Source: Toensbergia leucococca (lineage: Eukaryota). From it: DNA of 64,000 bases. The stretch's first letter is position 1; each line of letters starts with the position of its first letter. This document shows, piece after piece, positions 51,471-64,000 of this stretch. A model generated the notes under the pieces. The model saw only the letters and a program-made list of their open reading frames with translations, had not been told where the DNA came from and ran no database searches. A program made the translations under genes and the position numbers. The stretch covers positions 186,001 to 250,000 of the forward strand of contig JALDZS010000004.1 of assembly GCA_022813965.1 (NCBI GenBank). Direction: 5' to 3'.

Positions 51471-51974
51471 ATGTTCTAGTTCTACGTCCGAGGTACCGGG
51501 GCTCGGGGGTGGTACTCAAGGTCAAGGATCGAGGGATGTCAAGATCTGCGCTAAGATGAAGGCACTTGCTAAAATAGGCTAAAGCAGGTGGTAGCTAATT
51601 TCATTAGCGTCGTGGGTATCAACTGAATGGGTTAGTGGTTTCGGGTGGCAATGCTCTATCAAAGTCCGCAGACTCCATCCCATACACAACCTATGCTTAA
51701 TGACACGAGCTCATCCTGACAATGAGCATCTCTTACCATTGGACACAGAGCGCTTGGCGGAGATACACATTTCGAGGGTATTTCCTAACATGGCTAGACA
51801 CTGCAAATGTCTCATAATCTCGTTGATGATGACTGAAGGTTGATTGAGTCGATCCCAATCTCCAGCTGGGTTCCTTTGCCTATATATATGGCCTTGTTGC
51901 ATGCGGATTCTGTCGATAACATCGATAATTCGTGAAGACTTACTTTATACTTAAAACCTCCCTCTAGCAAAAAA

Positions 51975-53174
51975 ATGCCTCCCCCGCCCGTCCCTACCTC
52001 GCTGCAAAGCAGCGTTGATGCCACCAAAGCCGAGTATGTTCAGCTGGGCTCCTCTGGCCTTCGAGTCTCCATGCCAATCCTCGGTACCATGGGAATCGGT
52101 AGTAAGGACTGGCAGAGTTGGGTGATGGAGGAAGACGAAGGGTTAAAGCTACTGAAAGCGGCCTGGGATAGAGGTAAGTTGGATATGTGGAAACATACTG
52201 AAGATCTGGAGTTGAATCAACAATAGGTGTCTCAACCTGGGATACAGCCAACGTCTACTCCAGCGGCGTAAATGAGGAGATCATTGGAAAAGCAATAGAA
52301 AAATATGAGATACCCCGGCAAAAACTTACCATCTTGGCCAAGTGCTACGGAACAGTCCCAATGGAACCAAGCATTTTCAACTGGTTCTTCGAGGCGCAAA
52401 TGCAAAAAAGCAAAGACTACATCAACCAAGGCGGTAAGCAGCTCCACTCCAATAACAAGCGTCGTTCCAAAGGTTTTTGAGCTGATTCTTTGGGCCGGAG
52501 TAGGTCTATCACGCGGGGCGATTCTCAAAGCCGTCGACGCGTCGCTCAAGCGTCTCGGAACAGACTATATCGACCTTCTCCAGATCCACAGATATGATAC
52601 CTCGGTTCCTCCGGAAGAGACCATGAAAGCGCTTCACGATCTCGTCCAGGCTGGCAAAGTCCACTACATTGGCGCAAGCTCCATGTGGACGTACCAGTTT
52701 TCCCGCATGCAGTATATTGCTGAGAAGAATGGCTGGACGAAGTTCGTGAGCATGCAGAACCGGTATAGTCTATTATATAGAGAGGAGGAGAGGGAGATGA
52801 ACAAGTTCTGTGACGAGACTGGTGTGGGTTTGATCCCATGGGGCCCTTTGTTTGGAGGCTTGCTAGCAAAGCCATGGGGAGTGGAATCTACCAGGTCGAA
52901 GATCAGTACTGCTATGAGCGGTGGGCTCACGGAAGCAGATGAAATCATCAATAAAAGAGTCCAGGAGTTGGCTGAGAAGAAAGGCTGGAAAATGAGTCAA
53001 GTTGCACTGGCGTGGATCAGAGGAAAGGGTTGCATCCCCATTGTCGGGTTGACCAGTGCCAATACTGAGAGACTCGATGAAGCATGTGCTGTGCGGGATA
53101 TGAAGCTGACTGCGGATGAGATGAAGTATTTGGAAGAGCCATATGCTCCAAAGCCAGTTGCTGGACACTCCTAA
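51975..53174 (+). CDS. Aldo-keto reductase (aryl-alcohol dehydrogenase-like); introns 52174-52226 and 52434-52503
   Basis: Motifs [65 protein letters not shown] and SQVALAW. Confidence 0.92.
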
Positions 53175-53537
53175 AGCCAAAGTGGAAGCTAGGGGCGAGA
53201 TAAGAACTTGGAATTCTAGACTCAAATCTTGAAAGTAAAGCGTCAGATCGAGTTTGACTTGTTTCAACCTCACATAAGTGTTTTGTACTCTTAGTCTTAC
53301 ACTGTCATGACAGTCAATTTAGGGTGAGACCAGAAGATACCGATCTAAATCTTTAAATACCACAATAGAAGCTGTAACTTCACCACATCCCAAACAAAAC
53401 ACAAAAAAGTGATAAAACACCCATCCACCCTCCCAGAAACCCCCATCCGCAACTCACCCCTCCTTTCCCCTCCGACCGCCCCGCCCAAAACCCACACACC
53501 CAAAATCACTGAAAAAAAAAAAAGAAAAAAAAAAAGC

Positions 53538-54435
53538 ATGCCCCTCGACACAAGCACCTACACCCTCTCCCACCTCCGCCTCGACGGCCGGCGCTGGAAC
53601 GAGCTCCGCCGCCTGAGCGCCCAAATCCGCACCCAAGCCGCCGCAGACGGCTCCTCGTACCTCGAAATGGGCAACACGAAAGTCATCTGCACGGTCGCTG
53701 GGCCGGCCGAAGGAGGGACAAAGCGAGGCGCAGGTGGGGGAGGGGATGAGGCGGCGGCGGTGGTGCAGGTGGAGGTTTCTGTTGCGGGGTTTAGTGGGGG
53801 GGAGAGGAGGCGGAGGGGGAGGGGGGATAGGTGAGTTTTTATGATTTTTTTTTTGTTTTGGGGGGTTGGGTTGGGGGGGGGCGGGGGTTGTTGTTGGGAA
53901 TGTGGATTGGGCATGGGCTGATTTGTGGGGGCGGGGGCCGGTTTGGGAGAAGCTTAGGCGGACGATGGAGATGCAAGCGACGATTACGCGGGCCTTTGCC
54001 GGCACCCTGTTCACGCATCTGTATCCGCACTCTACGATCCTCGTGACGCTGCATGTGCTCTCTCAGGACGGGTCGTTGCTGGCGGCTTGCTTGAACGCGG
54101 CCACGCTGGCTTTGATCGATGCGGGGGTGCCCATGTCGGATTATATTGCTGCGTGTACGTCTGGGTCGACGGCCTCGTATGGGGCCGATGATGAGAGCGC
54201 GGATCCGTTGCTTGATTTGAACGGGGTGGAGGAGCTGGAGTTGCCGTTTTTGACGGTGGGGACGTTGGGGGCTGGGGAGAGGGTTAGTGTGTTGGTCATG
54301 GAGACGAGAGTGCAGGTTGGGAGGTTGGAGGGCATGCTGGCGGTTGGGGTGGATGGGTGTAAGCAGGTGAGGGAGATATTGGATCAGGTTGTTAGGAGGC
54401 AGGGGAAGAGGATGCTGGAGAGTGCTGTCACTTGA
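53538..54435 (+). CDS. RRP41: Exosome core subunit Rrp41/Ski6 (RNase PH family); intron 53831-53957
   Basis: Motifs [55 protein letters not shown] and LLDLNGVEE. Confidence 0.93.
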
Positions 54436-54627
54436 GTTATGCTTAATAGGAACTCTATCCATACGGATCTCGTTCAAAGGTTCAATTTCTCATCCTTAGA
54501 GACTGAAAGGATTAGGGATAAGCAGATTTTATATTTGTCGAATTGACTCAGATGTGACTGCTGATTTTTGAGCTACCAGCAAAAGACTCGCTTGTTCCAT
54601 GCCCTTTTGATAAACGCAGGCAGCTCT

Positions 54628-55635
54628 CTACAACTGTCCAGAATCGACGATGGTAGGAACAGTCGTGTACGAGATCTTACCGGAGCTGCTGCCGGTAGCC
54701 TCAATAGCCTTGACGATTTTCATTGACTCCTTGTCTGCGACCTCGCCAAAAACGACGTGCTTTCCGTCGAGCCAACCCGTTACAACAGTAGTGATGAAGA
54801 ATTGGGAGCCGTTGCTACATATACCCAGGTGAGCTTTAGCAGTCCCAGAAAGTATAAGCATTCAGGCTTACGTATTTGGTCCAGCATTGGCCATTGACAA
54901 TAGACCTGGGACAGTGTGCTGTTTCTTGAAATTCTCATCCGCAAATTTCTCACCGTAAATTGATTTGCCACCAGTACCCTTCAGAGCGAGTCAGCACTTC
55001 CTGTAATTTGTTTGGGCTTGGAAAGGATACGAAAGACTGACGTTGCCGCGGGTGAAATCACCCCCCTGAAGCATGAATTGGGGAATCACACGGTGGAACT
55101 TTGAGCCTTTGTACCCGAAGTCTTTCTCGCCAGTGCAAAGAGCACGAAAGTTCTCAGCAGTCCTAGGCACTACATCGTCGTAGAGGTTGAAGTTGATACG
55201 ACCCGACTGTTCTTAGAAGAGGTCAGCATACTCTCAATCGCCGAGGAGCATCCAAGTCCCAGAGCGTAGGAATTGAGAAGGTAATAGTAACTTGAACTTA
55301 CTTTTGATCTCCTTGGTGGCACGGTTATTGGCATCAAGGACTGGTCCTTCCCAGGTAACGTCAAAGAACGTCTTAATAGTCATGGCTGCAGGTGATGGGT
55401 GAAATCGTCTTAGTGATGGAGCGGTGAGTCGAGAGAATTGGTGGAAGGAGGAAGATTGAAGAGAGAAGCGGGGCACTGGAATGAAATATTAGTGGGGTGG
55501 CCTTGGTGGGGTAAGGTACTTCGAGACTGCGTCACGCATATCCAAAACTAGGTACCTAGGTAGGGTGGGCCGTGAAAACAAATGCCGCAGCGAAAATCCA
55601 GCATTTTGGACGCGGTTCAAGGAGTACTTACTCAT
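54628..55635 (-). CDS. Cyclophilin A-type peptidyl-prolyl isomerase; mitochondrial (ATG 55635) and cytosolic (ATG 55383) forms
   Basis: Spliced sequence [10 protein letters not shown]...[96 protein letters not shown]. Introns 55631-55476, 55301-55212, ~55041-54979 and ~54871-54815. Confidence 0.93.
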
Positions 55636-56463
55636 GGTGTATCTAAAGCTGAGAATGCAATGGATAGGGAGCCTGTGCAATAGAACTACCCGTCTCTATC
55701 CCGATGTTTACCACCTAGATGGAATCTAGTGATGGCAAAAGAAGGAATGAGTATGTAGAATTGTTCAGGCACGGGGGAGCTGAGTGAGCCAATGATCTCA
55801 AGACGTGTAAATGCTGACGTAGATTAACCTAAGAATAATAAAAGAGACTTTTCAAGTTGGAATACAAGAAGTCCGTGACCAAAGAATGTAATGATCGTTG
55901 AAATTCAATGCGATGCAGGATTTTCCGCCAAGCTCATGGGCTACCGCCGCTAGAATTATCATTCGATCCCTGCGCCAAGGTACCTTACCCCTATTTGAAA
56001 TGCCCTAATGACAGTTTCCGGCCTGCGGGGTACTTGTCCAGATACGTCCGTCTTGCCAGACTACCATCTACATACAAAAAGCAAGTTTCTGTGGCTACCG
56101 TTTATTTGAAACGATGCCTTACGCACATGAAACCTTTCTTGATGCTATCTAAGGTAATCCATCTCCAAATTCACGAGTAAGTTACCGGTATCAATTGTAT
56201 ACTATGCTTTCTATGCAGCCGAAGACTTAGAGAAGTTGTGCTGTGATTTTGAGCAAAGGATGAGAATGGTAGGTGCCGGTAACCAAAATCCCATCTAGAT
56301 ATTGACAACATGCGTCCGTGGTATCAAAAGAAAGAGAAACATGACCTGTCTTGAATTGAGAAACGCCGTATGCCTGGAGGTCTAGGAATTGTGTCCGGGA
56401 AATATCTATTTACAAGTTTTGTGAAACTGATTACCGCATATCTGGTGATTCCCTCGGCAGAAA

Positions 56464-59400
56464 TCACCGGCCACGAGTAATAGCGAGGCCTTCCTTTACC
56501 TGTCCCCTACTTGGAGCAGCTGATAGCGCTGCAGACACTGGCGTAGTTGATCTGGTGGGCGCGGCACTTCTATTGTGTGCCATGTGAGCCTGAACGAGAT
56601 GTCCTGCCGCAAGAGCACTGCAAAGGCTGAGCTCGCCTGCAAGAACACTTGCACCCACAATACGGGCAAGTCGACGTGCGTTATCTCCAGGATTACTCGG
56701 GTGGGAGCCTCTAACTCCCAGGATATCGAGCATAGCGCTTTGAGGTTCAAGAATTGTGCCGCCGCCAATGGTACCAACTTCTATAGACGGCATCGAGACA
56801 CTTATTTGCAGGGCACCATTGTAACTAAAACGTGTTAGCACGAACAATACATGAGAATCAAGAGTAAATCCTTACTTTTTCATTACAGTGATGCAGTTGC
56901 TGCTCCCAACAACTTGGGCTGGGTCCTGACCAGTAGCAAGGAACATTGCAGCAACGATGTTTGCAGCATGGGCATTGAAACCCCCAATACTCCCGGCCAT
57001 GGCACTCCCTATCAAGTTTTTACTCGTATTTAGTTCCACAAGAGCATCAACATTACTCTTCAGGACGCTTCGAACAACGTCTCCTGGTATGATTGCCTCT
57101 GCAACCACGCTTTTTCCTCTTCCGTCGATCCAATTAATAGCAGCAGGCTTCTTGTCGGTACAATAATTGCCAGAAACAGAGATAATAGACATGTCCTCAA
57201 ATCCACTCTCGTTCATCATGACATTTAAAGCGCATTCAACGCCCTTCGATATCATGTTCATTCCCATTGCGTCACCAGTGGTGGTTTTGAATCTGATGAA
57301 GAGATAAGTACCAGCTAGTGCAGTTTTCATAGACTGCAATCGGGCAAAACGACTGGTGGAGTCAAAAGCCTTCTTCATAGTCTTTTGTCCATCCTCGGAG
57401 TCAAGCCAATTCTTGGCAGAACCTGCTCGGAGTAGAGTTTGAAATGCTACACATGGGCCTCGGGTCATTCCATCGCCAGTGATGACAGTAACTGCTCCGC
57501 CGGCAGCGTTTATAGCTTTACAGCCTCTGTTTGTGCTAGCAACAAGAACTCCTTCGGTCGTAGCCATTGGAAGGTAGTAATGCTGTCCATCAATGATCAG
57601 GGGTCCAGCCACACCTAATGGTAGGGGCATGTACCCAATAACATTCTCGCAACATGCACCATGTACGTTTTCATAGTTGAAGTCCAGGTAGGGGACCTTC
57701 GAACTCTCTAGTAGCCTGGAAGTCTCCGAAGTGGCAGGTGTCCGGGAGACTAGCGAGCGTCTGACCTTGACAGCTCTGGTCAGCGACGCAAGTCTTGTCA
57801 TGATGCCAGGACTTTCCAGTGTCTTTTCCAAGGCATAGCCCGGAATCTTACCACGCACTGCCAAATCAATCAGCTCGCTATCCTTGAGTTCGGCTGCTCT
57901 GCGATCGCGGAGCATTTGCTCGCACTCCTTGCGGCTCCTAACTTCTGATTTGTCTTTGTCTTCTGCTTCAACATGCCCATTGGCAATAGTGATGTTTCCA
58001 TTTGGTTGAAAATGACCAGCTCTAGCCATTTCCAAACTATTAGATTCAGCGCGAATATGTCGATTGTCTTCCGCTACAGGGGCTGCTTCGACAACAGCCT
58101 CAGATGAATCTCGGGGTTCTTTGATGCTCCATCGCGCGGCATTGAAGAGATAGCCGTTAAGCACAAGGCTCATCGTCAACACGACAATAATCCATTTGCT
58201 GAGTATAGGATCTTCTAGGCTCTTCAAAACACCCTCGATCACCCTACCCCCAACGACGTCCAGGAATAGATCTGTAGTCTCAATGTCAAATATTGAGTCT
58301 GCAATGGCGCTAGACTCTGCGTCTCGCACAGGAGTAGACATTTCATATTTAATAGGCGGTAGCACCGTCACGATGATTGCAACGTGTCGCTCCTTGGCGG
58401 TGTTGAAGATGAGATCAAGGCCGTTCTCCGCCACTTTGAACGGATCGATTGGAGGAGGGGTAAGAACGCTGGAGATACCGGATACAGTAGGCGGAGCAGC
58501 ATTCTTATTGCCGGCTCGAAAAGGGATGGTGCACAGATTGAGAACGTTCAGGAAGACGAATCCAGTCACCATGAGGACCTTGAATTTTGGGATATTGCGT
58601 TCGCCAAGCTTCTTGCCAAATAGAGCCCGTTCTTCTTTCCCTGCTGCGTAGTTTTCTGGACTTTTGCCGACTCCATACCGTGGCCATTCGTTTCGAGAGG
58701 CCACGTTTTCAGCCACAAGTCTGCTGACTCCGTCCTCCTCCAGTGCTCTTCTTAGAGCGACATGTCGCTTGATGCGATTAATTTCAAGCTTGATGCTTAG
58801 AATAGCAGTGTAAAATGTGAAAAGCAGGATACAATCGAAGAACAGTATCCAAGCTGCAAGAAAACAGAATTGCTTCAAACCACCTTGCACACCCGATGCG
58901 GCTCCAGCAATTAGAATAGCGATTTCGATGCAGTAGTCTCGAACAATCTCGAATCCTTTTTCCTTTACTGCTGCTTGGACGAGGCTTTGAATCGTCTCGA
59001 GAGGACTAGAGCTTCCTGGTCCTCTGGAAGATGGAGGTTGCTGCGCACCTTGGTCGCGTGCTTTTACTGACGCCGAAAGAACGGCCTTTGTGAGTATGAT
59101 TGGTTTCTCAAACCCGATAGTGACCACTAGAAATGGCAAGCCTTCGGATAACAACACCATGTTTATAGAAACCCCAAGCCTCGTAGTCACAATGAGGCCG
59201 AACAAGAAAGCAAACGCTGATGAGAACAGCACTGTTGTAGCAAGCCAGACTTTTGAGCCCATGCGCCTCATGGATAAGAACAATGAGACGAAGGTTAAAT
59301 GCATAGAAAGGTAACCAAGGACCATGATGATGATATCGAGTGACTCTGCGTTCTGTGTTCCTTCAATTAGACACACAAGGGCTAAAATATAGAAAGTGGC

Positions 59401-60199
59401 ATACCTTCAACAAGTCCACAAATTCCGTCCAAGCGTCAGCGGCCCAACTACCAAGAGAACTCCGCGAGCCATTGGTATTGTTCTTTAAATACTTCATCAC
59501 CCATCTCTTTGATTCCCGGGCATTCTCTGGATTCAGGCCTTTGTAGGTCTGCGCTTCATTGGGTATTTCCTGAACTGCGGCTAAAAGGTCGGAAACTTCA
59601 TCAAAAGGCACCGAGAAGGCCAAAGTGGTATCTTGCGAAATTGGCGAGAACGGATTTGAAGTTGATGGCAAAAGCCGGGCCGAAGTATTATCAGGCATAG
59701 GGACTGCGTTCGCCAGCGGGGCAGTTCTTGGGGATACATTAGATAGAGAATCTGGAAATACAAAAGTCATGACCGCTACATGCTCAGCGCCCTTGACAGC
59801 TATTAGTTTGACTTAGGAAGGCGATTGGTAGGGTATATTTACGGCCTCTACATCATTAAATTTACCATTATCCACTTGCCACTTCCATCCCGTTTCCTTC
59901 CCTACTTTCAGTCGTCTACCACCTTCGACCAGCGAAGTGAAATCCGATCCTGGGAATTGGTTTCGGGCTGAGCTCGCGCTGTCAAAAAGGCTTGTCTCGA
60001 GAAGGCCTACATAGGTGGTGCTTGCCAAAAGCATGAAGAAGACGATAGTATGGATTGGGTGGGAACACGCTCGGCGAGAGAGTGATAGAAGGACGGGAGT
60101 AATGTGGCGATTTAGGTAGCCCGGTTCCGAAGCAGTCCTTTGGTCGCTCTCAGGACGGAATCGTGCAGGAAGAAACGAAGCCCCTAGCATGGTGGCCAT
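56464..60199 (-). CDS. HMG1: 3-hydroxy-3-methylglutaryl-CoA reductase (class I, membrane-anchored); three introns
   Basis: HPIH motif, sterol-sensing TM region ([15 protein letters not shown]), and catalytic motifs [45 protein letters not shown] and HMAHNRS. Confidence 0.97.
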
Positions 60200-61892
60200 T
60201 GATGCGTTCGGAGACGGTAGGGTAGAGATGAAACAGTGGATTGGACAGTTTCAGCACAGATTCGACATCTGGGATAACGATCAAGGACTGTAGTCTCTAA
60301 TATGAGAATCAGTAGCAGCACAAGCATGGGCAGTACTGGAACAAGGTGAATGCTGACATGAGCCTTACCTGACGACTTGTCCTTTTACATCGAGTCACTT
60401 TGCTTCGCGCACCCGACAGGAACTGTCACAAAAGACGGTTCTTTCACTGATCAATGATCAATGAATGCTGGCTATGATGGTGATGGGTCATGGAAAATGT
60501 GGGTGAAGTGAGCAGAAACCGTTGGCATTGAATTCCTCCTTTCCTTACGGATATTTATTTAGAGATCAAGTAATATCCGGCTTACAAGCGATTTTCTAGC
60601 TCGAGTTCACCGCTATTTTCCAAGTTCCCCGGCTCCCGGTCAGTGTATTCTACGGTAATCATAGGCCACGGGTGAGACCAATTCAAAAATATCCATCCTT
60701 GCATTAAATCCACTGCCCCCTGAGACCCTTTAGGTCAATCTGCCTTAATAATGACTTGACAATGTTTACCTACTTGCTTTTACCTAGGGATTTTATGCAC
60801 TCAGTAGAAGTAATTTAGTTTGTGTTTATTAGCAAGGTGTCACTTTAGGGCCCGTGAATGCTGAGTAATGTCTATTTGAGACAATCTCGATTAGAGATGT
60901 GAAGTCTAATATCAGCATTGAATCGTCAATACCGTCATTTGGAGTGCAGATTCCTCAATTTTCAGCTCAGAAACTACCACCGGTTTCGGTTAATTCCAAT
61001 GGCGGTGAAAACCCGCCCTGAGAAGCATCGGTATTGCCCATATCATTCATTTCCATGAACTCAGTTTTTCATATCAGGACAGAGATAGGTAGTCAGAAGT
61101 CACATCTCACATCATGTTACACCATTCAATTCAATCCCACAATTCATTAAAATCATCATCTCATTGTCATCTCATCCTCTCCCAGCTAGTTAAAAGCAAT
61201 AACTAGCTAGATGACATTCCATAACGCCGAAAACAAGTCTTTCCATGAGAGATGCCAATGTAAGACCAAGACCTCGATAGACATCTTCTCATCTTGAATA
61301 GGAACAGAATCCTTACACGGTCCTGTTGGAGCTGATAGACATCACATGGATCTTCTGGCCACACTGGTCCTTACATCCTCTACAATGTGTAGTACATTTG
61401 TCCTCGACACAGTATCCGATTTTGGACGAAACGAGTGGAAAGGACTATCTGGAAAGTTGCTTTTGGCGGCCGTAAAAAGTGCTGAGCGTGTCGACGATCG
61501 AAATCCGAATTGCGTTATCTAGTCTGCTGCGAGACGCAATGGCTATCTGAGTATCCATGAAGCTCAAAGTGCAGCACTAGAGTAAGATGTTCGAGTCGCT
61601 TCACGTAGCGTGAAAAGGTAACATTCGTGCTGGGAATTCGCAATTGGGAAGTTTGACGACAGCCGTAAAGTGAAAGAAAGTACAAAGGAAAGAGGCAGGC
61701 AAGTAATGCATGGTTGTTCTTAGATGCATCTAATGAAAGCCGCAGATCCTGCCAAGCAATTGATTGCAGGCACATTGGGTGAGAAAAACAGCGATTAGAC
61801 AATGCTCCTGTGCCAAAATCGAGGATTTCTTGATTGGTCGAGTCTGATTGGCACTGGGCATCACTTCCGGACGCTGCGGTTTGGTTGTTCTG

Positions 61893-63867
61893 TCACCCAA
61901 GAATGTGAAAATCGTCGTCAGTCCAGTAGGTTCTCGCATGGGCGACTCTCATGTGCTCGACGAGCCCTTCGACCCCCATCGGATAGAAAAGTAGGGCGGT
62001 TTCGGGGCAGCCATTGCACGTACGAAGCATGATCTTGTTGAAGTATTTGATCCCTTCTGCGCGCTTCTTTTCAGCTGCACTGGCTAAGCGATCCTGAGAA
62101 ACATACTCATTGTATGAAATCTTGCTGATAACCCCTCCACGCTCAGGACGCTTTGGAAGGGGTGCCATCTTTCCGTTCTCGTCATGAAGACCACATTTAG
62201 ATCGAAGCTTCCGGAGGCGGTGGTAACGACCCATGCTCTGGAGACTAGCCGGCACGTATTCCATATTCACTGTGGCACCGGTCCTAAGCTCTCCCACTAA
62301 TCGAGCAATGTGGTACTGCTTGACTGCGTCCGTCCAGTTGGAGACATATCCGCCGAATCCTTTGCGGTCATAGTGTTCGTGGCGCCAACAGGTAAGCTTT
62401 AGCAGCATCTCGAAAGCGTTGTCAGAAAACCAACGCTGAGTTAAATTAATGAAATCATTGCGCTTTCTAAGAGTCATGGTAGGATCTTCCATCCAGCCAG
62501 AGGCAGTGCAGTACGGAACCTCAGTCGGCTTGTCGGCGAGAGCAAAGGCAGGGAATAAAAACTCCTGAAGCTTAGAAGTTGGTGCAAAGCGTTCTCGGAA
62601 GACTTCGAAAGTCCGAGAAGAAGACATGTGCGGACGACCAATCCAGCCAATGAGTTCGCCCGTTCCTGGACGTCGATCCTCATATGGTGCCGGATCGTGC
62701 CCTTCCCAGAGCTGCTTGGCAGCTAGAACCAAAAGACCGCGAACGGTGCGGCGGTTAGCCTCGATAGCCGATTTCTCAAGACGTTGCATTTCCTGCTTTT
62801 GAGAGTTCTGTTTCCGCGCGCGCAGCTGAGTTCCGACGTCCGTTCCCTCCTGCGAGCGAAGAAGATCATCTATCTCTGGCAAATAGAATGTTTTACCAGT
62901 CGGCTCTCGACCATATGGACGGAGGGTAAGATGCGGGAGTACGAAGTATAATTGTTCTATCTTTCGAAGAGCACCGGATGCTAGATTCAAAGGTTAGGAA
63001 ACACATCCTCCTGTCAGCTGCGTCAATGCACTCACAAACGGTGTATTCTCTCAGACATTCTTGACAGAACAGTATGCCCCAACGCCAGTATTTGACTGGC
63101 AAACCATCGGAACTTCTCTCGGTGAGGCATATGAAACATCTCTTGTGGTCCTCGAGGTAACCCAAGATTTCTCGCTTGTAGTCAAAGTATGACTGATACG
63201 GTCCGCCTAATGCTCTATTACGCTTGCGTGTAGATGCAATGATTTTAAAGGGTGCCATATTGATATTGAATAGGTGTGGGGGGACTACGTAGTCTCCATG
63301 CACCAATGAAATCTGATCAGAAAACATCGATATAGACCCAGATGAACCGGTGAAATCTGATGGCTGCGAAGACATGACATTTGAAGATGGATCGGAGTAG
63401 ATGGATGATCTTGGAGGCGAAGTTAGCTAAGCCAAAAAATCCGCTGCCCAAACTGAGGAGCCTACCCTCGGAAGATATTTTGCTGGACTAAGTTTGCCAA
63501 GGTGTCAGGATCTGGGAGTTCAATCTCTGGCAACTGACGGAACTCTGACTCCTTCCACAAGCAAGTAGGCATGACATCGTACCAAATCTTGTTGCCGTAC
63601 TCAAATGATAGTCGTGTACGCATTGCCTCACTTGCTTGTGAGAGATTCAGCAACCAAAGGGGGGGTAGAGAGCGACAAATCTGTCCAAATATTTCACGAG
63701 GCACGCTCTCAAGGCCTGGGGAGGCATGATGTCCTTGCTTGGAGAATGTGAACTCCTTCATGTTCTCAGGACCTATTGGAACAATTAGGCCAATTGCATT
63801 GAGGAATTTCAAGGAATGTAATACCATCGATATCCATAGGCTCACACTTTGATTGATTGAAGCACAT
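61893..63867 (-). CDS. Hypothetical F-box-like protein (four exons, start uncertain)
   Basis: F-box-like LESVPREIFGQICRSLPPLWLLNLSQAS, a CxxC...CxxC pair and a C-terminal CNGC...H...H. Three ORFs join in frame through GT-AG introns with CTAAC/CTAAT branch points. Confidence 0.65.
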
Positions 63868-64000
63868 GATGCTAGTAGTGCATCGTATGCTGGCTGGCTG
63901 ATTCAAATTAGCACTCTCGCTGCCGTGATCACGAATTCTTGATGATAGTAGCTGTACCTAAAATGGGAAGAAGCTGACTCAGATGAAAAGGTGAAGGACG

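Overview
This is a gene-dense eukaryotic window from a filamentous ascomycete (Pezizomycotina-type genes, short GT-AG introns with CTAAC/CTGAC branch points). A lichen-forming lineage is only a guess. About 19 protein genes are readable: UGP1, a LicD/MNN4-like transferase, two paralogous Zn2Cys6 factors, ENT3-type epsin, NBP2, SSU72, SPA2, two F-box-like proteins, an FCY2-type permease, a glycosyltransferase-like protein, an ERCC6L2/Rad26-like SNF2 ATPase, a DUF6640-like protein, mannitol dehydrogenase, an aldo-keto reductase, RRP41, cyclophilin A and HMG-CoA reductase. A 38.6-47.9 kb island carries a mutated Fot1/pogo element, a mutated Tc1 (DD34E) element and an AAA-ATPase relic. The main discovery is a ~2 kb non-coding + strand region (~49300-51470) that folds by hand into telomerase-RNA architecture: terminal helix, core-enclosing helix, boundary hairpin, template, and a U-rich/A-rich pseudoknot. 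Its template UAAACCCUAA predicts plant-type TTTAGGG telomeres rather than TTAGGG. A second, unidentified ~1.3 kb highly base-paired region lies downstream of SPA2. Both transposons show an unusual RIP-like spectrum (TGG to TGA, not TAG). All structures, introns and family calls were made by eye, without folding software or database searches.
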